From positions 1 through 35,131 of the forward strand of contig JAGRJL010000341.1 in NCBI GenBank assembly GCA_020442775.1: a DNA stretch of 35,131 bases, read 5' to 3'. Position 1 is the first letter of the stretch. Each line of letters starts with the position of its first letter. The notes beneath the pieces were generated by a model. The model searched no databases. It saw only the letters and a list, made by a program, of their open reading frames with translations, and had not been told where the DNA came from. The DNA is from Lysobacterales bacterium (lineage in GTDB: Bacteria; Pseudomonadota; Gammaproteobacteria; Xanthomonadales; SZUA-5). The position numbers were made by a program, and so were the translations under genes. Positions 18,501-27,793 of the stretch are shown in pieces.

Positions 18501-19535
18501 TCAATTCCAGCTGCAAACCACCTTGCCGCAATTGCCCGATTCCATCAGATCAAAGCCGCGCTGGAAGTCGTCGATCTCCACCTGGTGGGTGAGCACCTTC
18601 TGCAGCGGGAAACCGGTGAGCAGCATCTGGGTCATCTTGTACCAGGTCTCGTACATCCGGCGGCCGTAGATGCCGTGAATCACCAGTCCCTTGAAGATCA
18701 CGTTGTCCCAGTCGATCCCGGCACCCTGGGGCAGCAGCCCCAGCAGCGCAATCTTGCCGCCGTGGTACATGCTTTTCAGCATGTCGTTGAAGGCCTGCGG
18801 GTTGCCGCTCATCTCCATCCCGACGTCGAAACCCTGCAGGTGCAGCTCACTCATCACGTCCCCCAGCGACTGCTTGGAAACGTTGACTACCCGAGTCGCG
18901 CCCATGTCGGCGGCCAGCTTGAGGCGGTAATCGTTGACATCGGTGACCACCACGTTGCGCGCTCCAACGTGCTTGGCAATGCCGGCGGCGATGATCCCAA
19001 TCGGGCCGGCGCCGGTAATCAGCACGTCTTCGCCGATCAGGTCAAATTCCAGCGCGCAGTGAGCGGCGTTGCCATAGGGGTCAAAAAAGGCCGCCAGCTC
19101 CGATGGAATCTGGTCGGGTATCGGCCACAGATTGCTGGCCGGCACCGAGATGTACTCGGCGAAGGCGCCATCGCGATTGACCCCGATGCCGGTGGTGTTG
19201 GGACACAGATGCGGTCGGCCAGCACGACAGTTGCGGCAGACCCCACAGACGATATGGCCTTCGGCCGAAACCCGCTGACCCAGCTGGTAGCCATGCACGG
19301 CCGCACCCAGTTCGACGATCTTGCCGACAAACTCATGTCCGATCACCAGTCCGGGCTTGATCGTCCGCTGTGACCAGGCGTCCCACTTGTAGATGTGCAG
19401 GTCGGTTCCGCAGATCGCGGTTTTCTCCAGCTTGACCAGCACGTCGTTTGGACCAATTTCCGGAATCGGCACCTGCTCCATCCAGATACCCTTTTCGGCG
19501 TTGCGCTTGACCAGGGCTTTCATCATCTCGGGCAT
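18501..19535 (-). CDS. tdh: L-threonine 3-dehydrogenase
   Basis: Collinear with E. coli Tdh: [55 protein letters not shown]...GHEFVG...[15 protein letters not shown]...GAGPIG. The start is uncertain among ATG 19535 (AAGGA 10 nt upstream), 19526 and 19523. The track start 19601 is too long. Confidence 0.93.
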   Translation of the reverse strand: MPEMMKALVKRNAEKGIWMEQVPIPEIGPNDVLVKLEKTAICGTDLHIYKWDAWSQRTIKPGLVIGHEFVGKIVELGAAVHGYQLGQRVSAEGHIVCGVCRNCRAGRPHLCPNTTGIGVNRDGAFAEYISVPASNLWPIPDQIPSELAAFFDPYGNAAHCALEFDLIGEDVLITGAGPIGIIAAGIAKHVGARNVVVTDVNDYRLKLAADMGATRVVNVSKQSLGDVMSELHLQGFDVGMEMSGNPQAFNDMLKSMYHGGKIALLGLLPQGAGIDWDNVIFKGLVIHGIYGRRMYETWYKMTQMLLTGFPLQKVLTHQVEIDDFQRGFDLMESGNCGKVVCSWN

Positions 19536-19632
19536 CGGGATCGAATCCTTGAAACAGGGTTGAGCCGGCCATTTTACGCCTTTCCAGCTGAAGCTCGGCA
19601 TGCCGCAGAGCGGTTCCCGGTAGCCGATTGCC

Positions 19633-19648
19633 GCCGCTGCGCAGCGGC
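19633..19648. promoter_or_regulatory. Perfect 16-bp palindrome in the tdh / FHA-PP2C divergent region
   Basis: GCCGCTGCGCAGCGGC is its own reverse complement. It lies about 100 bp upstream of tdh and about 150 bp upstream of the phosphatase gene. Confidence 0.25.
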
Positions 19649-19800
19649 GCGTCTACTTCAGTGCGCAATCGCAGGCGAGTCTGGCGAGGCTGTGCGCGTT
19701 AGTATCCAGTCTTCGGATCAGCGTGGCCGCCGGGACCGCGGGAGACGCGACGCTGAACGGCACTATTGCCTGCTCTGGACGCGCAACACGGAGGGTCGAC

Positions 19801-20895
19801 GTGCCACTGTTGAAGTGTATTAATGCCGAGCAGGCGGGCGCTTTCTTCGATCTGGTGCAGAGCGGGGTCATCGGGCGCGAGCCCAGCAATGTCTATTGTC
19901 TGGATCAGGAAACCATCTCCAGGCGGCACGCCGAGGTGCTGATCAGCGGCGACGGTGTGGAACTGCGCGATCTGGGCAGCGCCAACGGCACCTACGTCAA
20001 CGGCAGACGGATCGACGACCGCGCCAATCTGCTCTCCCACGGCGACCAGATCTACGTTGGCGCAATGCTGTTTGAGTATCGCGAGCAAAGCTCGATTGAG
20101 GACGATGACACCCTGGACCGGCCGATGATCGGTCGCGGCTCGCGCTCGATCACGGTGGCGGCCGGAAGCCTGCTGGATCAGCAGATGGCGCTGGCCCGGT
20201 CGGCGCAGCGTAGACTGGTGATGTCCGATCCGGCGCCGGTTCCCGGATACAAGATCGCGCATCACTTCGAACCAGCTACTGGGGTCGGCGGCGATTTTGC
20301 GATCCAGCACCCACTGCCGGATGGTCGACTGCTGCTGGTGCTGGGAGACGTTTGCGGCAAGGGCCTGCCGGCCTCGGTCTACATGGCCTATGTTTGCGGG
20401 GTGCTGGCCGGACTGGATCCGGAGCTGCCGCCTACTGCATTGATGAAGGGCCTGAATCGGGCGCTGGTCGAGGTGCTGGAGCCGGGCATGTTTGTGACCG
20501 CACAGGCGCTGTGTCTGGATCCGGATAATCACCGCGCCGACGTGATCTCGGCCGGGCATCACCCGCCGATGCTGGTGGCGGACGATGGCAAGGCCCGCCA
20601 GCTCAGTTTCGACACCGGGCTGGCCCTGGGGCTGACCCATGACATCACGCTGGGTGGCACCCGGGTCGAGCTCAAATCGCGTGAGATCCTGATTTTCAGC
20701 TCTGACGGCCTCGACGAAGCGGTCGGTTCTGATGGCGACTATCTGGGTGTCCACCGCTGCGTAGAGGCGGCAACTGGCGCCGCCGGAGCGCTGGATGCGG
20801 TGCGTCGACTCAGCCGCCTGGTCGATGGCCATGTGGGCAACGCCGACGCCAGCGATGATCTGACCCTGCTGGCGATAGAGCGAGCCGAGTCCTAG
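19801..20895 (+). CDS. FHA-domain-containing PP2C/SpoIIE-family serine/threonine phosphatase
   Basis: GTG 19801 is preceded by GGAGGG at 19790-19795. FHA signature: GREPSNVYCLDQETISRRHAEVLISGDGVELRDLGSANGTYVNGRRI. PP2C/SpoIIE signature: GVGGDFAI...LLLVLGDVCGKGLPAS...SAGHHPP...LIFSSDGLDEA...ASDDLTLLA. Confidence 0.85.
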   Translation: MPLLKCINAEQAGAFFDLVQSGVIGREPSNVYCLDQETISRRHAEVLISGDGVELRDLGSANGTYVNGRRIDDRANLLSHGDQIYVGAMLFEYREQSSIEDDDTLDRPMIGRGSRSITVAAGSLLDQQMALARSAQRRLVMSDPAPVPGYKIAHHFEPATGVGGDFAIQHPLPDGRLLLVLGDVCGKGLPASVYMAYVCGVLAGLDPELPPTALMKGLNRALVEVLEPGMFVTAQALCLDPDNHRADVISAGHHPPMLVADDGKARQLSFDTGLALGLTHDITLGGTRVELKSREILIFSSDGLDEAVGSDGDYLGVHRCVEAATGAAGALDAVRRLSRLVDGHVGNADASDDLTLLAIERAES

Positions 20896-20926
20896 TCACC
20901 GCCCGCCGGAAGCCGAATCCCTGGGG

Positions 20927-23900
20927 TCAGGGTGCGCAAAGTGGCTTGGCCTGATCGGTCCCGACGATCACGAAGCGAGTGATGTTCTTGGTCTGAGTCA
21001 CCCCATCCAGGGTGTACTGGAAGACGCCGTTCTCGCCGTCGGTGAAATGCAAGCTCGCGCTGCCCACCACCGGGACCGGGAAGCTTGTCGCGGGTCCGCC
21101 GATCTGTGCCAGCGGGATCCCGCCGGCAGGGCGCTGCAGTGCGCCGCTGTAGCTGCCGTCGGTCTGAAGGACCAGACTGGAGGCGCTGATCCACTGATCG
21201 CGACCGCCCTGGCCGTAGGTGTACCAGAGGGCGAAGATGGTGTCCCCCTGGTGCGCCAGGGTGAGCCCCCAGCCGGCTTCAGCGGGATTCCACCACAGGT
21301 CGGAATAGTTGCTGGCGCTGGCACGCGACGCGGTGGTGCCGACACAGATGGGCGGATTGGCGCTGAACTGGAACCGCTGCAGCTGCCGGGATTGGGTGAC
21401 GCCATTGAGCGTGTAGTTCAGGTTCAACCCGCCGTCGCCGGCAAAGCTCATCTGCGCAACGCCAATCTGGGTGATTGAGGTAAATGCCTGCATGCCGTTG
21501 ATACTGGCAAAGGGGGTGCCAGCGACTCGATAGATCGGGCCGGCGAAATTGCCGTCTTCCTGGGAGCTGGCCTCAACTGTCAGAAACATGACCTTCCCAT
21601 CGTCGGCATAGCTGTACCAGGTGCCGTACAGCAGTTCGCCCTGGTGCTGCAGATTGAAGCCCCAGCCCGGCTGGTCAGGGTTCCAATAGATGTAGCTGTA
21701 GTTGACGCTGCCGCCCGGCGAGCCATCATTGGGCGGAGTCAGCTCAACGGCATAGACATCGGCAACCCCGTTGGTGTCATTTGGGGTCAGGTTGCTGGCC
21801 TCGGAGGTAAAGGTCACGGTATTCCCATCGGCCGAGATCTCCGGTTCGCTGCTGGCGCCATTTGGTTCGGCGCCATCGGTAGTCGGCGCCATCCGAATGA
21901 CTTGGCCGGTCAAGAACGACTTGACCAACACATCGGTGACCCCGTTTCCGTCGCTTTCGATCAAATTGGTGGCGTCAGTTTCGAAGGTGATCGAGAGGCC
22001 ATCATCGGAGATGCTGGGATGCCTGCTGGATCCGTTCCCAAAACCAAGATTGCCGGTGGATACCGGAATCAGTGAGATGACCTCATCGCCTTCCAGTTCA
22101 AATCGGAAAATGTCGCTGGCATTGTTGGTGTCACCGGCGACCAGATTGTTGGCGGTGGACTCGAAAACGCCAAATCGGCGGTCCGGCGTCAGGCGAACGT
22201 TGATGCTGTCGCCGTTGCCCAGCTCGCCAGTGCTGAGGTTGCGGCTGATGTAGAACCCGCTTCTGCCCAATCCGCTGCTTCTGGCTGCCACGACCTGTAG
22301 AAACGGGCCCATTTTCGCCGCTGGCTGGGCGCCGACCGGGACCGAGGTCAGATTGGTCGCCTGGGTGGAGAAGGCGATGGTTTGTCCGTCTGCCGACGCC
22401 CACGGCGCAACACTGATGCCATTGGCGGGCTCTCCGTTGCTGCCGACGCTGATCAAGCGAACGTCGCCGGTGATCAGATCCTTGACGAAAATGTCTGACG
22501 TCGAACCATTGCCATCGACGCCACTGAGCAAATTGGTGGCCTGGGAGTCGAAGATCGCCAAATTCCCCGGCCCCGCCAGTTGTACGTTGGCGGACGGCGC
22601 ATTGCCGATCGCACCGCTGGCTGCGCTGCTGACGATCAAACCTTGCCCCGCCAATACGGCATAGATCTGCCCGGACGAACCGGTGAAAGCGATTCTTTCG
22701 CCGTTGTCGGAGATGGCGGGGTTGTCGAAGTCTTCTACTGCGCCGCCATTGACTGCCGCGATGGCTGCGCTGATTCTGGTGGTTACCCCGCTTGCCGGAT
22801 CCCGGGTAAACACATCCCGGGTGCTGTTGGGATCGTTGTCCAGGTTTCCGGCATCGGAGGAAAAACCGATCCTGGCGTTGTTGCGGGCGACCACGCTCTT
22901 GCCACTGCGTGCGTCGGCGGCGACGCCGCTGGTGGAGGTGCTTTGCAAGATCACCGCTGAGGTGACGTATCCGACTGCGCCGTTGCCCAGCTGCCCACTG
23001 TAGTTCCATCCCCAGCACTCGATCGTACCGCTGGTGAGCAGCGCACAGCTGTGGAATCCGCCTGCGCTGACTTCGATGGCAGCGGAAATGCCAGCGACCT
23101 CAACGGGTGCCAGGCTGTCGGCCGTGCTACCGGTGCCCAGGCGTCCACTGTTGCCTTCCCCCCAACACATGACCCGGCCGCCGGTCACCGCGCAAGTGTG
23201 CTCTATCCCTGCCTCCAGCGAGCTCACCCCGCTAAGCCCGATGACCTCTACCGGTGTGGAGCTGTCAGTATTTTGACCATTGCCCAATTGCCCGGACCCA
23301 TTCCAACCCCAGCACTTGACCGCACCGCCGGCGACTACCGCGCAGGTGTAGCTTCCTCCCAGGTCGCCGCCGCCCGCGGCCAGCCGGGTGGCGCCGCTGA
23401 TGCCGACAACATCCACCGGCAGAGCGCTGTTGTTGGTTTCGCCATTGCCGAGTTGCCCGCTGGCGTTGTCGCCCCAGCAGCGAACCGCGCCGCCTGAAAC
23501 GATGGCGCAAGTGTGTTGATACATCGCGGCCAGCGAAACCGCATCGCGAATCCCGATCACCTCAACCGGGGTCAGGCTGTCGGTAGTCTGACCATTGCCC
23601 AGCTGGCCTTGCGCATTTCTGCCCCAGCACTTGATGGTTCCGTTGGCGATCAGCGCGCAGCTGTGCGCGGACCCCAACGCCACTGCGGTGGCGCCGCTAA
23701 TCCCGACCACGTCCACCGCGATAAAGCTGTCGGTGGTGTTGCCGTTGCCGAGCTGTCCCTCCTCGTTGTATCCCCAGCATTTCAGCGCACCGCCAGCAAC
23801 GATGGCGCAGCTGTGTCCATTGCCTGCGACCAGCGCGGAGGCGCCTGCAACGCCGAAAACGCCTACCGGAGTGGGGCTGCTGGCGGTCATGCCGCTTCCC

Positions 23901-25267
23901 AGTTGTCCGCGTCGGTTCGAACCCCAGCAATTGACCGCCCCGCCAGCAAGGCGCGCGCAGCTGTAGTGGCGCCCCGCGCTGATCGAGAACGCGCTGCCAA
24001 GGCCGACCACATTCGACGGCACGGTCGTAAAGGGCAATTCGCCAATGCCCAGTTGACCGGCTCGATTACTGCCCCAGCACGGAAGTTGCCCACCTGCAAT
24101 CAGCGCGCAGGTGTGCCTGAGCCCGGTCGTGAGTGAGCTGACGCCGCTGATCCCGCTGACCTCTACCGGGGTGGATCGATTGGCGGTATCGCTATTGCCG
24201 AGCTGTCCGTAAACGCCATAGCCCCAGCAGCGAAGCGCACCACCGCCCACCGTCGCGCATACGTGCCAGCCACCGGCGGACACCGCGGTGGCCCCGCTCA
24301 GGCCGAGCACGTTGACCGGGGTCAAACGGGTGCTGGTGGTGCCATCTCCAAGCTGTCCATAAAAGCTGGATCCCCAGCACTTCACTGCCCCGCCGCTGAC
24401 CAGGGCACAGCTGAAATAGCGCCCTGCGGTGACTTTCGTCGCGTCACTGATGCCGACCACATTGACCGGAATGTCGCTGTTGTCCCGATCACCATTGCCC
24501 AGTTGGCCGAAGTCGTTGGCGCCCCAGCACTTGACCGCGCCACTACCAACCACCGCGCAAGTGTGACCGTTGTCCTCCAGGTCGGTGCCGCCACCTGCGG
24601 CGACCGAAATCGCATCGCTGACGCCAAGGACCTGCACCGGCGTCGAGCGGTTGGTGGTCGTGCCATCACCCAGCTGGCCGAGATCGTTGCGTCCCCAGCA
24701 CCAGATCGCACCGCCAGTGACAATCGCGCAGGTATGCCTGTCGCCGGCTGACAGAAGGGTCGCACCGCTGATCGCGGACACATCGACCGGTGTGTTGCTG
24801 CTGCTCGTCTGACCGTTGCCGAGTTCGCCGCCATCGTTGCGGCCCCAGCACTTGACCGTGCCGTTGGCGAGCAGCGCGCAGGTGTGACTGATGCCCGCGG
24901 CCAGGGATACCGCGTCGCGGATGCCAACGACATCGACCGGCGATGAACTGCTGACCCGGTTGCCGTCGCCAAGCTGGCCGTAGCTGCCGATCCCCCAACA
25001 CTGCACGGCCCCACCCACGACCACCGCGCAGGTGTGCTCTGAACCGGCCGCGACCAGAGTCGCGCCTGGTACGAATGCCTTTTCCGCTGTCGCCGATTCC
25101 GGGTCCTGTGCGCTGACCCCAGAGGACATCAGCAAAGTAAGGACGCCCAGAAACACGATCAAGCTCGCCGCCACCCGGCGGCGGAAAGTCGCTGCCGCTG
25201 CGGCGGCCGGGATCGTGACGCATGCGTGGCTCGTCGCAACGAGCGATCGGTCCGTGGTCAGTTTCAT
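20927..25267 (-). CDS. Large secreted multi-propeller protein: 14 RCC1 repeats, PD40/TolB-like repeats and two C-terminal WWNP..GWG domains
   Basis: Start at ATG 25267 (MKLTTDRS...[20 protein letters not shown], a signal/anchor). Fourteen copies of the pattern HTCA..GG.V.CWG.N..GQLG.G. Then repeats of type S.DG..IAF.S.A.NL...D.NG..D(I/V)F. Then two paralogous ~130-aa modules ([31 protein letters not shown]... and [31 protein letters not shown]...). Confidence 0.85.
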   Translation of the reverse strand: MKLTTDRSLVATSHACVTIPAAAAAATFRRRVAASLIVFLGVLTLLMSSGVSAQDPESATAEKAFVPGATLVAAGSEHTCAVVVGGAVQCWGIGSYGQLGDGNRVSSSSPVDVVGIRDAVSLAAGISHTCALLANGTVKCWGRNDGGELGNGQTSSSNTPVDVSAISGATLLSAGDRHTCAIVTGGAIWCWGRNDLGQLGDGTTTNRSTPVQVLGVSDAISVAAGGGTDLEDNGHTCAVVGSGAVKCWGANDFGQLGNGDRDNSDIPVNVVGISDATKVTAGRYFSCALVSGGAVKCWGSSFYGQLGDGTTSTRLTPVNVLGLSGATAVSAGGWHVCATVGGGALRCWGYGVYGQLGNSDTANRSTPVEVSGISGVSSLTTGLRHTCALIAGGQLPCWGSNRAGQLGIGELPFTTVPSNVVGLGSAFSISAGRHYSCARLAGGAVNCWGSNRRGQLGSGMTASSPTPVGVFGVAGASALVAGNGHSCAIVAGGALKCWGYNEEGQLGNGNTTDSFIAVDVVGISGATAVALGSAHSCALIANGTIKCWGRNAQGQLGNGQTTDSLTPVEVIGIRDAVSLAAMYQHTCAIVSGGAVRCWGDNASGQLGNGETNNSALPVDVVGISGATRLAAGGGDLGGSYTCAVVAGGAVKCWGWNGSGQLGNGQNTDSSTPVEVIGLSGVSSLEAGIEHTCAVTGGRVMCWGEGNSGRLGTGSTADSLAPVEVAGISAAIEVSAGGFHSCALLTSGTIECWGWNYSGQLGNGAVGYVTSAVILQSTSTSGVAADARSGKSVVARNNARIGFSSDAGNLDNDPNSTRDVFTRDPASGVTTRISAAIAAVNGGAVEDFDNPAISDNGERIAFTGSSGQIYAVLAGQGLIVSSAASGAIGNAPSANVQLAGPGNLAIFDSQATNLLSGVDGNGSTSDIFVKDLITGDVRLISVGSNGEPANGISVAPWASADGQTIAFSTQATNLTSVPVGAQPAAKMGPFLQVVAARSSGLGRSGFYISRNLSTGELGNGDSINVRLTPDRRFGVFESTANNLVAGDTNNASDIFRFELEGDEVISLIPVSTGNLGFGNGSSRHPSISDDGLSITFETDATNLIESDGNGVTDVLVKSFLTGQVIRMAPTTDGAEPNGASSEPEISADGNTVTFTSEASNLTPNDTNGVADVYAVELTPPNDGSPGGSVNYSYIYWNPDQPGWGFNLQHQGELLYGTWYSYADDGKVMFLTVEASSQEDGNFAGPIYRVAGTPFASINGMQAFTSITQIGVAQMSFAGDGGLNLNYTLNGVTQSRQLQRFQFSANPPICVGTTASRASASNYSDLWWNPAEAGWGLTLAHQGDTIFALWYTYGQGGRDQWISASSLVLQTDGSYSGALQRPAGGIPLAQIGGPATSFPVPVVGSASLHFTDGENGVFQYTLDGVTQTKNITRFVIVGTDQAKPLCAP
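22975..25040 (-). repeat. Array of 14 RCC1-type coding repeats (about 150-160 bp each)
   Basis: CWG motifs in order: VQCWG, VKCWG, IWCWG, VKCWG, VKCWG, LRCWG, LPCWG, VNCWG, LKCWG, IKCWG, VRCWG, VKCWG, VMCWG, IECWG. Fourteen repeats fit two 7-bladed propellers. Confidence 0.8.
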
Positions 25268-25596
25268 CAGCTCACCCCTGACTAGGCACGAGCCCCAAGA
25301 GTAATAAGGACCCGCTGCGAAAGACAGTTTGGAATGGAATACTTCGTTATGACGCATCCCACGCCGGCCGACATCGGCTCGGAATCCGCAGGTCGATGAC
25401 CGTACGCGGCTGACCTCGATGATGGCTTGCTATCACTCGATACCACGCAGGAAGGTCAGCGCAGGTGACTCGAGGAGGGGCGCCGAGCTTGGTATTGGGA
25501 GGGCATCGGCTCGCGCCGAAAGCGTCGATCCGTTTCGAATACCCGTGACCCTCTCGCAACGACGCTGAATGCCGATCGCGGTCCTTAGGCACAAAA

Positions 25597-25620
25597 AAAC
25601 CCGCGAGAGGCGGGTTTCTT
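25597..25620. terminator. Bidirectional rho-independent terminator with no annotated gene feeding it
   Basis: AAACCCGC-GAGAG-GCGGGTTT: a GC core stem at 25600-25604 / 25610-25614 with a 5-nt loop. A7 lies upstream and TTTCTT downstream, so the minus-strand reading gives a stem followed by TTTTTTT. It sits about 330 bp upstream of the RCC1 gene start and about 200 bp upstream of int. Confidence 0.6.
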
Positions 25621-25675
25621 CGAACATCCTGGTGCTGGCGCGAGCGTCAGGATCGAATATTGGTGCCGAGAAGAG

Positions 25676-25760
25676 GCACATTCGGGTGTTTCCACCTTTG
25701 TGCACTTATACCCATATATCGCCCGAAACCCGCATGACAGCAGGGGTCCCGCACATTCGG
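25676..25760 (+). promoter_or_regulatory. Direct repeats next to int, candidate integrase arm-type sites
   Basis: GCACATTCGG occurs at 25676-25685 and 25751-25760, with similar T-rich tails (GTGTTTCCACCTTT versus TTTACACACTTTT). They lie in the A/T-richer stretch between the terminator and int. Confidence 0.3.
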
Positions 25761-25825
25761 TTTACACACTTTTCGGCGCTTTGGCCCTATTCTGGCCGTT
25801 CACGTCACACCAGAAATCACACCAG

Positions 25826-26791
25826 ATGGCCAGCTTCACCAAGCGCGGCGACAAGTGGCGGGTGCAGGTTTACGACGGCCGGGGCAAGCGAAAGACTGCC
25901 ACCTTCCGCACCAAGGCGGAGGCGCGAGTGTGGGCGCTGCATGCTGAGAATGAGCCGGCCGTGCTGCCCAGGCAGACGCTTGCGAAGGTTATGACGAGGT
26001 ACAAGGAAGAGGTTGTCCCGCTGCACAAGGGGGCGCGCTGGGAACTGGTCAGGCTCAACGCCATGGCGAGATTGCCGCTCGCGGAGAAGGCGATCAGCGA
26101 CATCACTGCCACTGACATAGCCGAATGGCGCGACTACCGGCTCACCGCGGTGCAGCCGGCATCGGTTGCCCGTGAGTGGAATCTGCTGAGCCAGGTATTC
26201 GAGTCGGCTCGGCGGGACTGGGGGCTGGTCCACACCAATCCCATGGCCGACGTGCGCCGACCACCGGACGGCAAGCCACGCAGTCGGCGGATCAGCGAGG
26301 ACGAAGCGAACCGCGTGTGTCTGGCGCTGGGGTGGAGCGCTGGGGAGCCGGCCAACGCATCCCAGCGTATCGCAGTGATGTTCTTGCTGGCGCTGGAGAC
26401 GGCGATGCGCTCTGGTGAGCTGTGCGCTCTGAGCTGGGATCGAACTCATCTGAGCCGGCGATTCGTGAGCCTGGATACATCCAAGAATAACGACGGTCGG
26501 GATGTGCCGCTGTCGTCGCGGGCGGTTGAGCTGATCGAGCTTTTGCCGGGCCGGAAGGGGTTGCTTTTCGACGTCGATGATCATTCACGCGACACGCTGT
26601 TCCGCAAAGGGATGCGTCGCACCGGCATCGAGGACATGACCTTCCACGACACCCGTCACGAGGCGATTACCCGGCTGGCTCGGAAGCTGGACATTCTGGA
26701 CCTCTCGCGGATGACGGGTCATAAGGACCTGAAGATGCTGCGGCGTTACTACAACCCGACAGCCGAAGAAATTGCGTCGCGATTGGCGTGA
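25826..26791 (+). CDS. int: Tyrosine-type site-specific integrase
   Basis: 321 aa from ATG 25826 (MASFTKRGDKWRVQVYDGRGKRK, the typical N-terminal arm-binding beta-hairpin start). SAM-like core-binding region (ITATDIAEWRDYRL). Catalytic residues in context: ETAMRSGELCAL (Arg), FHDTRHEAITRLA (HxxR) and GHKDLKMLRRYYNP (Tyr). Confidence 0.9.
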   Translation: MASFTKRGDKWRVQVYDGRGKRKTATFRTKAEARVWALHAENEPAVLPRQTLAKVMTRYKEEVVPLHKGARWELVRLNAMARLPLAEKAISDITATDIAEWRDYRLTAVQPASVAREWNLLSQVFESARRDWGLVHTNPMADVRRPPDGKPRSRRISEDEANRVCLALGWSAGEPANASQRIAVMFLLALETAMRSGELCALSWDRTHLSRRFVSLDTSKNNDGRDVPLSSRAVELIELLPGRKGLLFDVDDHSRDTLFRKGMRRTGIEDMTFHDTRHEAITRLARKLDILDLSRMTGHKDLKMLRRYYNPTAEEIASRLA

Positions 26792-27333
26792 TCCGAGGCG
26801 CTGAGTGGGATCCTCAAAATTTATTTGTCATGACGGTCGCAAGCGGAATCCATGGCGCCTATCGAGCGCGTCGTCAGCTAAGCCGCTCATAACCCTAGAC
26901 AAGTTGTTCTAGCGCGGATTTTGGCGTGTTTCGGCTCACCCACACGGCGTTCGGGTGGGGCCAATACGCTTAGCCGGAGGGGTATTCCGACTAGTGTAGG
27001 CTGCAACCTTCGAGCGAGGTTTTCGCCGCTTTTGGTCCATTCATACCGGGGGCTTTCCAGCAATTCTCTACTCGGAATTCGAAGTTCGCTTGAGAGGTTT
27101 CGAGCGCTCATTGCGCGGTCGGATAACGGCGGCGCGCAATGTGGATGTTGGCTACCGTGGGATAGGGGCTGAAACAGCCAGAGGCGTTGTAACTAGCAGG
27201 ACGCCCGCCCCGTACAAGCTGCCAGTGCCTATGTAACGTCGAGCGGGGCTGAACCCGGAAACGTCCAAGGCCAAGTAGCCCTCACACAGGGATGCTTAGC
27301 CTTGACCATCTCACAGAGCTGTATGTGCAGAGC

Positions 27334-27349
27334 AGAGCTTTAAAGCTCT
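27334..27349. promoter_or_regulatory. Perfect 16-bp palindrome upstream of the alpA-parB-like operon
   Basis: AGAGCTTTAAAGCTCT is its own reverse complement. CAGAGC words precede it (CACAGAGCTGTATGTGCAGAGCAGAGC). It lies about 210 bp upstream of the alpA ATG. Confidence 0.3.
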
Positions 27350-27557
27350 AGATCTTCCCTGGGTACGGGATTAGGGGGTGGGTTTTCGGCGCGGGGTGAC
27401 TGGAAAAGGTGGGTCCGGTCCGGTTGGAGCACTGACTTTGGTCGTCATGCGGCCTCGCGACTCGGAGCTGAAACCCAGCTGGCACGTTACCGACATTCAA
27501 CGCAACCAAGATGGATGGAGTTCTACATCTTGGCTTGTTGGCGAATGGAGGAGCGCG

Positions 27558-27764
27558 ATGTCGGCTTTGAAGGAGGTTGAACGGATTCTGCGCATAACCG
27601 ATGTAACGCGGGCGACTGGCCTGTCGCGATCGACGATCTACAACGAGATCGCCATGGGCAGGTTTCCGCGAGCCGTCCAGTTGTCCACGAGGACGGTGGG
27701 TTGGCGCATCAGCGCGGTCCAAGAGTGGATCGAGTCGCGCGAGCAGGCAGCAACGACTCGGTAG
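27558..27764 (+). CDS. alpA: AlpA-family (phage/island) helix-turn-helix regulator or excisionase-like protein
   Basis: 68 aa from ATG 27558, with GGAGGAG at 27547-27553. ILRITDVTRATGLSRSTIYNEIAMGRFPRAVQLSTRTVGWRISAVQEWI matches the AlpA/MerR-like HTH_17 pattern (L...ev....G.SrstiY......G.FP.pv.lg.r.v.W...ev..W). Confidence 0.85.
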   Translation: MSALKEVERILRITDVTRATGLSRSTIYNEIAMGRFPRAVQLSTRTVGWRISAVQEWIESREQAATTR

Positions 27765-27793
27765 CCGTTTTCGCGCGAGACAGGAGCATGATC

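Noticed and set aside
19699-20832. 377-aa minus-strand ORF
   Set aside because: Antisense to the FHA-PP2C phosphatase gene, which has clear FHA and PP2C motifs.
22131-23018. 295-aa minus-strand ORF and numerous 60-210-aa ORFs on both strands across 21-25.3 kb
   Set aside because: All are alternative frames of the RCC1-repeat gene. Their Arg/Gln/Gly-rich periodic translations reflect the coding repeats of the real frame.
25380-25830. Possible tRNA or tmRNA integration target next to int: TTCGAAT at 25534-25540, GATCGAATA at 25651-25659, and TGGTGC.. words resembling a reverse-strand CCA end at 25630 and 25661
   Set aside because: I tried to fold both candidate 3' ends on the minus strand, and T-arm candidates on the + strand. 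The T-stems and acceptor stems do not pair, and no tmRNA 5' or 3' consensus is present. The region is reported only as an unexplained junction.
25817-26584. 255-aa minus-strand ORF
   Set aside because: Antisense to the integrase gene, which carries the R..HxxR..Y catalytic signature.
26887-27172. 74-aa minus-strand and 83-aa + strand ORFs in the int-alpA spacer
   Set aside because: No RBS and Arg/Ser/Leu/Gly-rich artefact-like translations. No HTH or other motif that would suggest a repressor. The region is treated as non-coding, though this is not proven.
27378-27557. 60-codon N-terminal extension of the AlpA ORF
   Set aside because: AlpA-family proteins are about 60-70 aa. ATG 27558 has a strong GGAGGAG RBS, and the HTH begins right after it. 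The extension has no RBS and odd composition.
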